Shown piece after piece: positions 16,928-31,700 of a DNA stretch of 61,702 nt (the stretch's first letter is position 1; the number at the start of each line of letters is the position of its first letter). A model generated the notes under the pieces. The model had not been told where the DNA came from. It did no database searches and saw only the letters and a program-made list of their open reading frames with translations. Source of the stretch: a virus (Duplodnaviria > Caudoviricetes); IMG/VR virus record IMGVR_UViG_3300048011_000479, positions 1-61,702 of that record; one strand, written 5' to 3'. Position numbers and translations under genes: made by a program.

Positions 16928-19095
16928 TAGCCCTCTTCTCCTGCGTAAATTAGATAGTTAAGCGTTAAGAACGGATTCAATACTTCTATCGGTTGCCCTG
17001 TACTTGTGTCTGATAAAATACCACCAGTACCTGCATACAATGCACCCGACCCTGTACCAACTAAGTCGTCAACTGCTAACGTGTGTGCTCTGTTTAAATT
17101 TTCTACACTTTGCGTGGTGCTAACACCATAGAACTGAGATCCGCTTGGATCGTTTCTATCATTAATCATATCGTGTTCGTGTTCTGGTAGTTGTTCTTTA
17201 GTTAATGTTACTTCATCAGATCCACTGCGGCCGCCGTGCTGATCAGCAGCGGCACTTGTTGTTGTATTTGCTGCGCCACGTCGCCCCATACTATCGTTAC
17301 CTAGTGGAAATCTACCTCTCATATCCGGTACTGCAAAAAATTGGTCTGCAACACCTTCTTCTTGATCTACATCTCCCTTTGGTTTAAACGAATATGCAAT
17401 TCTTTGGAATAAAGGCTGATAAGCAGATATTAAATAATTTGAGCCATCACACACTAACCAACCTGGTGGTAATGGAATATCAACATCATTAATTATTCCA
17501 GCATATGGAATAATTGTTCCTACAGGTACAATAGCAGTAACGCCAGCAAGTATTCTGTCTCGTGGCATTCTAAATATGCCTGAAGGTTTGTTTACAAGAA
17601 ATTCGTCATCTGCTTCTGATGCTACAGGTGTAGCGTCATCGCCGGATCCAAAAGCTGTTGGTTTATTAGAAATAAATTCATTAGTAATACTTGTATTAAA
17701 AGTTACTGTACCTTGTTGACCGTCAAATTCAATGTTATTAGCAGTAATATCTCCTGTTACTTGAAATACAGTTGGTGATGATAATCTGTTTGCTTGTCCA
17801 GAACGTCCTGATACGTTGCCTTGTACATCTCCTCGTAAACTGCCTACAAATTCTGTAGAGTACATAGCACTAAACACTTTATCAGGCTGTCCAATTGCTC
17901 TTAAATTATTCGAATCTGGAAGTATTGCTGCAGAAACTGGATTAACTGACCCTGTATCTGGATTGATAAGGTTAGCTTTACCAACAACAAGTGGTCCGTC
18001 TATGTCTGCAATGCCGCCTACATATAAATTTTTAGCAATTCCTGCGCCGCCGCTTGTTATAATACTGCCGCTACTTACACCTGAACTATTAGTTAAACTT
18101 GTTACACGTAGTTGTTCGCTTGTTTGAATAACTCCTGTAACATCTAATTCGTGTTGCGGGCTCGGGTTATTAATACCGACTTTTTCTGTACTGTCTACAG
18201 TAATAACTGTAGTTGTAGTACCTGCATTATTCATTCTAATTTGTAAATTAGATCCACTGATGTCGTGTTGTATTATACCAGCAGTACCGTCAACTTGCAA
18301 TTTAAGTTCATTGCTAATACCAACATTAACACCTTCGGCGTTTTTAATTTTTAATGGAAAATTAGCAATATTAACTGCATCTTTACGCATAACATTAGTA
18401 GCAGTAATAAGTGTATCCGTTGCAGCAGTTACTCCCGGAATAACTAAATTTAGTGATTTTTCCGAAATACCGTTAAACTGTGCTATTCCGTCGCCTTCTA
18501 AATTTTTATTTGATAAGTTAATGCCTGGACGAATGCCATCTTCAAAACCTTCAATTGTTGCTTTAGGATTAAATGCTTCACTAGCTACAATAGCAACCGG
18601 TTTGCCTTTTACTTCTATAAAAACAACATTGTAAATATTATTATCAATAGCAGTAACTTCAGTTGGCCTACTACCAGTAACTAATCCTTCTGCAAATTCT
18701 GGACCTACTAATACCCAGCCAGAACCTGCAAACAAATATAATTGTTGGTTATCTGTATCAACCCACAAATCGCCAATTATTGAATTTGCTGCATCTGGAG
18801 CTAAATTTGCTTTCTTTAGTCCGCCAGCTGCTACCCACGTAGTACCATCCCACAATTTAAGTTGATCAATTCCTGGTGTATTATCATACCATAATTGTCC
18901 TTCAACTGGGTTTAAAGGTTGAATTGAATTAGCAAAGTTTTCTAATAGGTGTAAAAAGTTTTCTGCAATACTTGATCCGTATGCAGTAGTATTACGCCCA
19001 GGAAGATTTAATGAAGTTTCTTGGTTAATAGTATTGTCTTCGATAACAATACTACCTTTATTTACAAAATCTGAATATCTAATAGTATATGCCAT
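16927..19095 (-). CDS. short tail fibre-like protein with tail-collar domain (gp12-like)
   Basis: PVGTIIPYAG..PPGWLVCDGS..FAVPDMRGRFPLG collar motif; LPEHEH; NPFLTLNYLIY. Confidence 0.8.
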   Translation of the reverse strand: MAYTIRYSDFVNKGSIVIEDNTINQETSLNLPGRNTTAYGSSIAENFLHLLENFANSIQPLNPVEGQLWYDNTPGIDQLKLWDGTTWVAAGGLKKANLAPDAANSIIGDLWVDTDNQQLYLFAGSGWVLVGPEFAEGLVTGSRPTEVTAIDNNIYNVVFIEVKGKPVAIVASEAFNPKATIEGFEDGIRPGINLSNKNLEGDGIAQFNGISEKSLNLVIPGVTAATDTLITATNVMRKDAVNIANFPLKIKNAEGVNVGISNELKLQVDGTAGIIQHDISGSNLQIRMNNAGTTTTVITVDSTEKVGINNPSPQHELDVTGVIQTSEQLRVTSLTNSSGVSSGSIITSGGAGIAKNLYVGGIADIDGPLVVGKANLINPDTGSVNPVSAAILPDSNNLRAIGQPDKVFSAMYSTEFVGSLRGDVQGNVSGRSGQANRLSSPTVFQVTGDITANNIEFDGQQGTVTFNTSITNEFISNKPTAFGSGDDATPVASEADDEFLVNKPSGIFRMPRDRILAGVTAIVPVGTIIPYAGIINDVDIPLPPGWLVCDGSNYLISAYQPLFQRIAYSFKPKGDVDQEEGVADQFFAVPDMRGRFPLGNDSMGRRGAANTTTSAAADQHGGRSGSDEVTLTKEQLPEHEHDMINDRNDPSGSQFYGVSTTQSVENLNRAHTLAVDDLVGTGSGALYAGTGGILSDTSTGQPIEVLNPFLTLNYLIYAGEEG

Positions 19096-19097
19096 TG

Positions 19098-19715
19098 TTA
19101 TCCCTCATTAAATCCGGTTAAACTTTGAACTCTTACAGTATAATCAATTTGTATAAGTCTGTTTAATGACTTTTGAACTGGATGGAAGATAACGTGTGTT
19201 AGTAATCTGCCGTCAGCGCCACTTGCGCCTGCACTAACTAATCCTAATTCATCAAAAACATAAAGATTTTCTGTGTTTGTAGCAGTATCAAACGCATCTT
19301 GTCCGCTTGGTTCACCGTAATCAAGTAAGCAACTAACAAGTATGTCTGTATAGTTTGTGCCACTTACGTGCCTTGTTTCAAGTTTATTTCTTACTGGATC
19401 TGTATTGTTACTTGCTTGATCGTCTACTACTTTATCAAATGTTTTGTTATATAAACTTGCATTTGTACCTGTACTGTTTGGTGTTAAGTAAGTAATAATA
19501 CCAGTTGGATCAACTGATGTACCACCATTACCGAACGCCATTTTATAAATTGGTCCTTGACCTGCGTTGGCTAAGGACTCAGCAAGTGCTATACTCATAT
19601 TTTCATAATGAATAGCATTGCGTTTGTCAATAAGAACTTCGCCACTCTCAGGATCACTAATTTTAATATGTCCTTGGAGTAGTACTCCGTTTAAATCTTT
19701 AAATGTATCTGTCAT
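19098..19715 (-). CDS. baseplate-region structural protein
   Basis: 205-aa ORF in the tail module; MAFGNGG, FDELGL, HVIFHPVQKS. Confidence 0.65.
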   Translation of the reverse strand: MTDTFKDLNGVLLQGHIKISDPESGEVLIDKRNAIHYENMSIALAESLANAGQGPIYKMAFGNGGTSVDPTGIITYLTPNSTGTNASLYNKTFDKVVDDQASNNTDPVRNKLETRHVSGTNYTDILVSCLLDYGEPSGQDAFDTATNTENLYVFDELGLVSAGASGADGRLLTHVIFHPVQKSLNRLIQIDYTVRVQSLTGFNEG

Positions 19716-19733
19716 TTTATCTTCCTGCTAGTG

Positions 19734-19740
19734 TATTTAT
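19734..19740 (-). promoter_or_regulatory. late promoter
   Basis: ATAAATA overlapping the stop of the giant gene. Confidence 0.55.
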
Positions 19741-22700
19741 TTAGGTAAGTCAGTTGTTGCTCCGCGGATGAATTGTGCTACTGGATTATCTGAATATCTT
19801 AGTTGTTGACCCGGTATTTGCCACAATTTTCCTACTTTTCTTACTATTAGTGTTCTGCTATTTGTTGCCGGTTTTTCTGCAAGTTCTACTATAGCAACAT
19901 CGTTCTCTATAGTAAGAGTAAACTCTGCATCTAGTGTAGTGTCACCTTCTGGACTATCTTTATCAATAAGCCCTGTTACTAAGTTTCCATTTTCATCAAC
20001 TTTCTGGAATTGATATGCTGCTATTGCATTTTTACGCAATCTTTTTCCGCCGACAAATATTTCAAACTCGTCTACACCTTTAGTAGGTAACCAATCAAGT
20101 ACAATTTGTGTAGATTCGTCTTCAAGTGCTATTAAAGAAATCATTCGGTCTCTATAAGGAACAGTTTCTTTATCACTTTGGTCCATAATTTCAGTTCCTT
20201 CTTCGTAAACTGTTCGAGAACCAGTACCTAGTGTACCTCTACGCAATTGCGAAAGTGTATTGCCGGCTACTTGGAAGTATTCGATGCGCTCACCTTCAAT
20301 GAATAGTACACCCGGATTGTTTGCATCTACATCAGGAATAGTGATATTTGACGCATCTGCAAGTACAATTTGCTTGTCAGTTATATTTAACTCTTGTGCA
20401 AGAGTATAAACGTTGTTTTTGTTTAGACGTTTGTAGTTTGTTCTGTTTAACATGTCTTTAAACATTCTAAATCCAAATTTTTCATTAGATTTAGGTGCAG
20501 CAAAATGTATAACTTGTATTATATCGTTAGCTTCTAGTGGACGAGTTATTTGTACGTAACTGTCTAGTTTAACTAGTTTATAATCTCTATTTGCTGTAAG
20601 TAATGTCCCGTTTAACACTACCCATATATATGCAGCATCAAGTGCAGGTTCTCTTAATTCAATTAAGCCTTTTCCTCGTCTATGTGCTTCGTAATAATCT
20701 TCACTGCCAATAGTTAACACTCTTCTAGAAACATTAGTCTTAGTTTCCATTTGTATATCTTGTAACTCATGTCTTGCAAATGTAAATATGTCAATCACTG
20801 TACCTTCTGCAGGAGCAGTATTAATAACTAAGTTATCGCCTGCTTCAATTAAATCTACATCTTGCACAATGTTTGTTGATGCGCCACTTGTTTGTCCTTC
20901 AATTGGTATAGTGTCGTCGGCATCAACTAATTGTTCTAAGCCTGGTAACGTACCTATTATTGTAAGCAAGTTAGTTGAGTATGATTTAACTGTTGCTGTA
21001 AATTGGGTACTATCTGGATAGCCAATTGTTATAGTTTCACCAACTTCAAATGTTCCAGTTGTTTGACTTAGTCCTAATCTAGTGTTTTTAGAGAACGCAT
21101 AATCTGCTGTTGAAGGAACAACAACTTCTAAATCATCTCCAGTTTCGCCCACGTTATCAAATAATATAACTTGTGTGTTAGCAAAGTCCCAGTTATAGTC
21201 TGACAGAAGTTTTAATTTTCTTCCATTTAGATATACATCTACTAAGTCTGGAGCTAAACTACTTCCTGCCCATTGTGATGTATCTAATTGATAGTTTCTA
21301 TCTGGAACAATATACCACTGTTGAGTATATCCAGGATACAATATTGTATCATCAACTTTAACAATAACATTGTGGCTTAATGGTAACTTTGAACTAGGTT
21401 CCGGAGCAAGCTCAAACCCTACCGTACTTCCGTCGCCGATAAATCTATTTACATTAGTTGCGCTATATCTCTGTACAGTAGATTCGTTTGTATCGTATAG
21501 TGCATAGTAAATAAATGCATCGTTATCGGGTGCAGTCGAAAATTCTAAGGCAACTAATCCTTGTCTATCTCCGTATGTTGCGTCTGTTTCAAATAGTGCT
21601 ACCGTTGCTGTCAATCCGTTTACAGTAATATAAGATTGTAAATCATCTCTGTAAACGCTATTAGTTACAAATACTCGAGTATTACCGTCACCGATAAAGT
21701 TATCAATGTCAAGTATATTTTCGCCATTGCCGCTCATTGATGAAATATTAACTCTATCTCCTGCGTTTAAAGCATTAGTAAGTGTAATTTTCTTTTGTGC
21801 AAGGTCAACGTTATAATCAGAATCTGTAAGCATACTGCCATTTACTTTTACAAATAGTGAAAAGATGTTATGTGGCAATATATCTAAATCAAATTCAGTC
21901 TGTAAAGCGGTAGCAGTATAATTTCTATTAGACATTACGCTGCCGCCATCTGCAACCCTGTCAAAAACTTTTAAGTCTAGTGTATCGTGCATCTGTCCTG
22001 GTATAAGTTCTTCAGGTCCTTTTGATGTAGTCGGAGTAATAAATCCGTCGCCATCTATTGTAATGTCGCCAGCGTCTAATCCTGTAGCAGTACCATACTG
22101 CAAGTTACCACCTTCAATTAAACTATCAAATCCAGCGCCGCTTGGTAAAAAGCTACCATCACTTGATGATTTTCTAATAGTAATAGTCGGTGTAATTGGA
22201 TTACCATCAAACGTAAAGTACTCTTCCCACTCAGCAACATTTTCAATATTAATTGTATATACCGGTGCGCCATTTGCGCCTGTAGTTACTTCGTATTCGC
22301 CACTATTAGTAGTAAGAGACTTCATTAGTGCATTAGGATTTCCTAATGCTAATACTGTAGATCCGTCTTCTGCTAGATAAGTTTTTGTACTACCGTCATA
22401 GTTTGGATCGTCAACTCGTGTAGCATTTATGTATACATTGTATAACGAGTTTTCTTCTAACGGCTTAGATAATGTAAATGAAGTTTGTACACCTGTAGTA
22501 GGAAAGCTCTCGTCATCAAAAGTTTCGTCATATGAGTCCCACGATGTTGTATACCAAGGTTGACTATCAAATCCTAAATCTTGTCCAAACTCAAATCCAC
22601 GAACTTCAACTCCACCGTAGTCAATTCCGTCCATTAACTGTCCTAAATCTGTACCATACTGTCCTGTTTCTGGATTGTATAGCAGTTTAGTTCTATCAGC

Positions 22701-25700
22701 AGCTGATAACATTTCGTAGCTCTTATTGTAAGTTACTACAATAGTTGTACCTGCAACACGAGATTGCTCAAGTAAAATATATCCCAAATCATGTGTGTGA
22801 GTTTTGTCACTACTAATTGAACTTTCATTATTATATGAGTATTCGCTATCAAGTGCTTCGACACCATTAATTACAACACTAACATTTGCTCTTGTTAGAT
22901 CCATTGGATACTTTAATCGAAGTTTTAATTCTGTACCTGTGCTTACAAACGTTTCACTTTCTTTAAGAACAAGTATTTCATAATCAGGTGTAGTTCTATC
23001 AAATTTCTGTTTAACATTTAACGTTCTAATTTTCTTATTTCCAAGAACAACACTTACTCTAGGCTGTGTTCCACCGTCGGCTTGTGTGCCTTCAATGTTA
23101 ACTGTTGGTACACTAGTGTAACCACTTCCTGGATTGTCAACAACAATACTCTTAACTGATCCGCTACCAATAAATGCACGAGCAGTTGCACCAGTGCCGC
23201 CGCCGCCACTAATAGTAACTAGTGGAACTTCACTATATCCGCTTCCGCCGTCTTTAATAAGTATTTCTTCAACTTCGTATGTAAAGTTATCAATCCAGTG
23301 TTTCTGCGGATATACATCTACGTTAAAGTTAATGTCTGATAATACACCTTCATTAATTGTAACCTTAGGTGAAATAATTTCTCCACGTTGTGGATCATAA
23401 AACGGTGATAGTTCAAAGTCTGTTAATACGCTCTGAGTATTGTCTAGTTTATCATAAGCAGACAAGTATTCTCTAATTTTAGTCTTATATGGTTTAACTT
23501 CTTCAACATATGCTTCAAAGCTAGGCAAATTATCATTTTGGAATGTAGTTTTTTCTACTAACTCGCCAACATTGTGTTTTGCTTTGATAAAACTTGTTTT
23601 AAATAACCAGTCTGCATAATTTTGTTCTGAAAGAACATAACGTAAACTTGCAAAGAACAATTGATTATATTCATTTGCTAATTTATCAACAAATAAGTCA
23701 TCTCTAATAGTTTCTAATATCTTACGTAATTCAGTATCTCCACCAGTTTGTGTATATAACTTATCTAAGAACTCTACAGTTCCGTTTTGTCTACCAATAG
23801 TTCTGTATCCTGTAGTATAATCGGGCGTATCTATGTTTACAATTTTTTCTAGTAGTATCCATCCGCCGGCTCCTACGTCACTAATTTTTACAATATCACC
23901 AATTGCATCATCAATAATGTTTAACTGATAATAATCATCTATCAAGAAGTCTACCGAAGTTAGTGAACTATATCCTTCTGCATACCAATCTTTATAATTC
24001 CAATAATCTGCTACATTATAATATTGTTGTACAGACTTGTTCCAGGATCTTGTAGTATTGTTCCAGGCGTATATTGCCCAAGCTCCTGCAAGTGTGCTAT
24101 CAGCACGTACAAGCGCACTAAGAGCCCTTACAGTAAGCGTTAGTGTGTCTTGGTAGTTAGTGCCGCCGTTAACAACATCGACGCTTGTAATAGCACCTAT
24201 GACGTTTATATTAGCACGTAATTCTAAGTCTTCACCAGTGCCTTCAAATTCAATTTTAGGAGGCAATCTGTAACCTCTGCCAGCGTTTACAATATTAACA
24301 CTTGTTACTGTACCGTCTACAATTACTGGTTGCAATACTGCTGTTTCAGCTCGTACTGTACCAACTAAGCGCAATTCTTCTTCAGTGTCTACAGCAGTAT
24401 CGTATACTCCTGACAACTCTGACGGTATTGGATCTTTTTCAAACAGTTTGTTAATGTTTAGGCTATCAACTGCTAGTTCATCTGCAAGAACTCTGTTTAC
24501 TCTTTCAATAAATTGTTTTAGAGCTTCTTGTCTATTAACAAACCAACCTTGTCGTGGTTTAAGTTGATTTCCGTATTTTTGTTTTACACTTAGTGTAGGG
24601 TCTGGTACTTCTCTATGATATTTGTCTGCACCAACTAAACTATCAAACCATTTTTCTTCAATTACACTTTTTGGACGACTTGTGTCCAATCCGTCAGTAA
24701 TAATCTGATATTCAGTATGTATATTATTATCTTGGTTGTCAATAGTCCAGTAACGGAAGTTTATAGCAACATCTTTTTCATTAGTAAGTTTATTTGTATT
24801 GTGTACTACAAATCTATCGTTACCTAATATCGTAACAAAGCGTAGTTGCTGTCCTGCTGGATCTCTAATAATATTTGCAATATCAAATGCTGTTTTGTTT
24901 CTGTTTGCTACATTTGGAACGATACGAGTGTCTTTAACCCAGAAATAATAACGCTGACTAAAGCTCTGTGAAATGTTGTCGTATATGTCTTTTTGTACAT
25001 ATCGTGTATCACCATATAGAGTTTGGCCACTGTAGCCGCTTGCTACACCTTGATTTGTATTTGCTCTAACGTCCCATTGGCTAGGTATAACTCTCGATTC
25101 TACCCATTCATAAACGTCTATACTTGCACCTTGTGCAAGATTTCCCCATATATTACTCGAATATAATATATCACCTTGATGATAATCGACAAATTTTACA
25201 GTGCTTAAATCCCACCATATTTTACCAACCTGTTCTTGGGCCCAAACTGTAAGAGCTTCTTTAGTAGATTCGTTACCAACATTATAATTAGCTGGGTCAT
25301 AATAAGTTTTGTAGGAAATTTCTTGTTCGGCAATGCCTGCAACTTTTCCAAGTATAGGATCAATAATATCTAAGCGTGATAGCATTAGATTTTTGTTTGT
25401 ATCATACACAAACGATCCTCGCATCTTATCTACATCAACTGGCACAACTGGTTCTCTGTGCATACTCCAAACCTGAGTGTCTGCATCTTTAATATATACA
25501 GCAACCTTTCCACCTTCCAATGTAGGCAATCCCACTAATATAGCATTATCTTGTACAATAGCATTTTTACCAAAATTTTCAACATTAAAATTATTATATT
25601 TTAATTTCTGTCCAAATATTAAACTGTCATTAACATTCTCATATAGATAAACAATGCCGCTATCTTGTATAGAACTTACATATGTTGTAAAGCCGTTATC

Positions 25701-28700
25701 AAATGTAGTTTGCCCTACTGACAGCTCACGCTGTGGATCGTTAACATACTTACTATTAAACTTATCTTCAGAGTCTGGGTCTCTATTTAAATATCTATCA
25801 AATGTAGTTTCAAGAACTATATCACTAGTGCTACCTGAAACAATTAGTTGATTGCCGTCAAATCCTACTCTTAATCCAAACCCTTCTGCAAGTTCTTTAT
25901 TTGGACTTTCTAGCGTTTGATGTAAACTAAATGTTCCGCCTGTATTTTTATAAACATAAACTTTACCTTGTAGTAAGTTTTCTGCATCTGTTTCCGGAGC
26001 ACTTACTGCAATCAAGTTGCCGTTGTTAGATACTGCAATCTGCGATCCAAAGCCTTTACTATCTACCGGAGCAGTAAACTCTGTTTTATATTCAAAGTGA
26101 TTATCTGCTAACGAGTATATTATTAGTTTGTTTTCATCATCATATTCAGCAATCGTAGCGAGCACATTTCCTTTCTCACTGATGTCAAATGTTCTACCAA
26201 AATTACTTGTGTTCAAATCAACAATGCTAGAGTCATCACCTGGGAAAACATATCCTGAAGTATTTGGCAAGTATCCTACAAAGTCAACATGATCACTTAA
26301 CAGTTGCCACTTAGATGTGTTAAATTCTTCATTACCTAAGTTAGTTAGTGCTTTATAAAATACATCATTGTATATAACAATTTGTCCTTCATAATAACTG
26401 TCTGTATTACTATAAACACCTTTAAAGTTTTGATTTTTACCTAGCTGCCAATTATATTCACCAAACTGGTTACTACCGTGAACAACAAAGTATAATCTGC
26501 CTGCGCCGCCTTCTACATCAGTATCGTTAATATGATTTTCACCGCTATTAACAACTAGTTTATAAAAGTCTCCGTTGTTAATTAATTTAATTTCACTAGC
26601 AAGACGTCTATTGTTTTCTCGGTTAGGAAGGATATAACCATTAACTAAATCGTATTTGTCGGTTTCAACATTATGTTCATATACAAAGAAAGCACCTTCT
26701 CTAATAAATGTACTTGCATCTCTACCTACATTAATTGGAATGTTATCTACTTCCGCCCAATCATTATTTTCTGTGCTAGGAGCAAGAGTATTACGAGGCA
26801 ACCCTGGTTTAAATTCTTCAATCCAAGTTTGGTATTCAATACCTGTAATAAACTTAGTCTCGTAGTCTGCAATTTCGTCTGTTTGACTTGTTACTGGATA
26901 TTCTAACTTAGGCGGTATAGCTAAGTTTTCAGTGTGTTGGAATACTGCTAATTTACCGATATCGTCATCAGCTAGTTGTCTTGATTCGATTGTTCCGAAG
27001 CGATTTCTATTACTACCTACTTCTTTGTTGATATATTTGTTAGCAAATCCATATCGACTTCCTATTGTAAATGTACCAGCAACATCTTTAACATAAATCC
27101 TAACCTTATCTAAATCTCGTTGATAATAAGTTACTATTGCTGTTGGGCCTGTGTCGCCCTCGCGTACTTTATCCCCTGGAACTAAATCAAACTCATTTCC
27201 GCCTGTTTGTGAAATATCAATATCAATATAACCATCCCACAATTCATATGGTGTTTGAACGTTGTTTATTATACTATAAGGATTATCTCCAAATCCTCTA
27301 TCCGATAAGTCAACAATAGACCCATCTTGTTCTCTAACATCATTTAAGAAAACACCTATAGACGTTGTTGGATCAGTTTGGCTTTTATCAGAAACACTCT
27401 TAGGAAGTCTTACTATCCACTTGTCACTTAAAACATCAACTTCATTCACATCTCCGCCAATTCCTTGACTTCTATGACTTAGTACTCTAATTAAATCAAC
27501 TTCTTTTTGGAATGGCTGGTCTTCTACTAATTGTACTGGATTGTCAAAAGTATTTTGTACACTTGACTTATACGGAAGTCTAGTAGAACTTTCTTTCCAG
27601 GCTGCATCCGGATTGCTGAATGTATTTGGGTTGTATCCGTTTTTAATATCAGATATTACTAATCCATATGCATTATCGCTAGTTATATCTCCAGGAATAT
27701 AACTATTGTCTGTTGCTATTTCCCAGTATCCGCCTAGGACATCGCTTCTGTTAACAGCATCGTGTAATGGACGTTCATAGTCTCCAATTAAGAACTGATC
27801 ATCTATGTATAACTGTCCAGAAGGAGCAAATACTCCGTTCTTGTCGTTAGCATAAATTACTAGCCTTCCTAGCTCTTTTCTAATATATACAACAGTAGCA
27901 TTACCTGTTTCTGTAGTAATCCTTGTACCTGTACTAATTAATGCACTAATATCAGTAGGTACTGTAGATGCACCCAAATCAATCCAAGAATTACTATCTT
28001 CTACTGTTTTATTAAGCAAGTTTCCAGTAGTTTTAAATATCCCAGAAACATTAATTACTTCAATAGTATTTCCGTTAATTTTATTAACTGTAGCAAACAC
28101 TGTATTATTTTCTTGTCCTAGTATATCGCCAACTGCAATATTCTCTGTAGGTATACTACCAGTAGTTGTTATAGTAACTGGTATATTTGGAATGTTTACC
28201 GGATCAACAATATAAAATACTTCCTCAACTTTACGTCTAATTGTATGAACAGTTTCAGTTAAAAATTCTTTTGTTATTTCATTTTGTTTTCCGCTAAACG
28301 GAATATTAATTTTACGAATAATACCTTGAACTGTGCCGTCGCCTAAATTAAAGTTATTTGCTGCGGCGCCAATTGGTGTGCCAGTAAACCCTACTGTACC
28401 ATTTACTTTAACAGTTAGCTCTGCATCTCTGTACAGCTCAACTTGTTGATCTAGTGTCTTTTTAACATAATATGTAAATCCTTCAAATCCTTTAACACCT
28501 TGTTGCTCAAGTGTATCAAAAGGAGTATTTACGTCACTGTTATCATAAATGTCATTTCTAAATGTTAAGTTATCGTTTGGAAAATCTGTTAATACTATTT
28601 GATCGCCGTCGACTAATCCGTGATCTTTATTTGTTGTTAGTTTTACAGGATTGCCCATATCTAACCCAACAATTTCAATGCCTTCATTATTAATATATGC

Positions 28701-31700
28701 TTCAGTAATATCATTCCAGTTAAAGTAAACCGCATCACCAATATTACTTCCTTGGTATGCATCAGCAGGTGCTCTTACAAGAATATGATCTGTTGTTACG
28801 TCATTTAATGGATAATCGCCTGTAGTGATTACAGGAAAGTCTAAATAATTATTATGCTGTTTGTAAAGCTCTGAACGCCAGCGGCTTACGCTATCAAATG
28901 TTCCAAATACAATATTATCAGTTCTACCAAATACACGTCTACGTGATTTGTATAATCCGCCGTTGTATTGTACAATAGCACCTAGTTTATAATCTGTTGC
29001 AAAATTAAAGTTATCTTTAAATGCACTTTTAACATAAGTTGCTTCTGGAGCGCCGACAACAATATATTTTCCATCCGGGCTCATTGTAACACTGTCGCCA
29101 AACTTACTTGCACCGTTATCAAAGTTTGTAATTGGCTCTAGTGTTTGATGTGACTGTAATGTTCCATATACTGTACTGCCGTCTTGTTCTCTCTTATATA
29201 TATGAACTTTGCCTTCGCCATCAGTTGGAGCGCCGACCGCTACAAAATTATTATCTGCATCTGTTGCTAAACTGTCACCAAACGTATCGCTGCTATTTGG
29301 ATTATAAATGTCTTCATCAAAGTTATATGCAGTTGATGCTTTTAGTACAGCCCATTTATTATCACTATCGACACTATCGACCCAAATAAGTTCATCTGGG
29401 CTTATATCAGTTTCTGCATATTTGTTAGCATCTTCAAGTTTAGCAACACGATTTGATAATAATGTTGAAACAACGCCTGATAGTCCAGTTTCTTCGGTAG
29501 CAAGTACTCCATCGCCTAAATCAATAGTAACTCTGTTTAAGTTTATATCTAAGACTTCATAAAATCCGTCTAACTCAACAACATTTTTAATACCAATATA
29601 ATCACCAATATTAAAGTTATGTATTTTATTAAGTACAAGTTCTGCTTGATTACTATCTGCAGGGACAGCACTTACTACTATAAATTGTGTATCAACATGT
29701 TTATAAACATTCCAGTCTTGTCCCTCAAATGTTACCCAAATATAATCGCCTTCTGCAACGTCTGCAATATCAGCACCAAGAATGTCTTCTTTAAGTGTTG
29801 CAATAAATTGTACATCAGTATCTCTAACATATCCAGCAGTTTTAATCGGGGTATCACTTACATAACGTGTAGGAAATGGAGTATGATTGTAATGATTAGA
29901 TTTAACATAAACATCACTAGACGGTATTCTATGTACTAAATCGCCTTCGTCGCCGGCAATATCATCTGTAAGTAATACAGGTTGTGGGCTTAGATCCATT
30001 TCTTCTTCGTCAAGAATGTATTCAACTTCTTCAAAACCGTCAGCGGCGCCGTATTGTCCAACACGTACAGCCCATTCTTCGTAAAATTCTAAACTTTCTT
30101 TGTCTGCTGCACCTAGTGCATCAAATAGTTTTGTTAGCGCATTGCGAGTGCCTTTGTCTTGTATCATTCCTTGATAGAATTTATACTGACTTACATCATC
30201 ATTAATAATGTTTGCTAGATAATCACGTTTTTGATAACCTATTAAATGCTGTGCAATTTCTTGTTGATTAACATCAAAATTATCTGTATCTAAATCATAA
30301 AAGTCTGCAAACTGATTAGTTTTATATTCTAAGTTTGGTATTAGTCCAGAAGTTGGTTTTTCAGCTAGCCTGTACCAGCTCGAAGATTTAAAATCTTTTG
30401 TGCCGCTTACTTTTGATGTTGCAGTATAATAAAATTCTTTATACTTAACAACATCGCCGATTGCATAATCTTTGTAGGGTGTCCATTCAAATACTTGTGC
30501 TTGATCGTATACAAATCCAGGAATGTTTAATCCGCCTGTCCAGTCAGCAGTTCTGTAGCCTAATACACGAATACGTTCTTGTCTATATCCAGGTTCTGGA
30601 TCATAAATTACATCTTTAAACTCTGTTTCGTTATCGAGCAGTACAACATGTTCTGTTTGCACTAATGGAAGTTTTAGTGCATAAATTCCGTCAGCAGTAT
30701 TTTTTAAAGTTAACACAAATGTATTGTCGTCTTGTCTAAATATATTACAAAATTCTTGTTTTAGTTTTGATCCGTCTGCTTTTACTAATCCGTAATCATA
30801 AAATGTATCAAAAACATTATCAACTACTGCACTATCTCTTTTGAATTGAATTTTATCTGCAGAGGGACTTAGTGTAATTAATGCACCAGCGTCCCAATTT
30901 TGCAATGTCCAAAACATAAATTCTTTTGCACTTAATTTCCAATTCTCAACAGACTCTAATTCTCCATTAAAGTTGTCAAATACAAATCCTTGATCTTTTA
31001 AGTGTTCTCCATATCCTATTAGAAAATCTACTACTTCTTGTGTAGTTCTTAATAGTGTTCCGTATGGTAGCTCCTGTGGAAATACTCTATCAAATTTTGT
31101 TCTAAATACTGCACTTCTTCCACCTACTTCTGGCAAGAATGGCAACCTAACAAAGTTAGAAGCATCAAATACCTGAGTACTAGTATGTGCTATTTTTGTT
31201 CTATAAAATTGTCCGTCATATCTAACTATAACTCCTTCGATATAACGCTTGTTATTGTCCCATTCAATAAAGTTATCACTTATGCCGCCTACATTTACTG
31301 TAGGATCTTTTTCGTTAGACTGATAATTGTAATACTTAAAAGACGGATTAGTAGAATCATATCCTCTAATAATATAGCCACTGGTTGCTTTTTCAATTAC
31401 AACGCCGCTATAAGCCACAAGTTCGATAGGACTACTTGTTTGTAATATTACTTCGTAATTTTCGTCTGGAACAAAAACGTTTCCTTGACTTAGGGGTGTT
31501 CTTGAATCTAAAATTAGATTGAACTTACTCTTATCAGTAAATCCGCCAATTTTAAATGCCATTTGATTGCTAATACGCTTAACATTATTTTGATAATCTT
31601 CGTAGTTTACAAGAATATTACTTGCAAGATAGTTTGCAATTAAATTAACAAATCCAGAAGTATATGTTCTTGATCTTGTTTCTAGTGTAGAATTGTTTGG

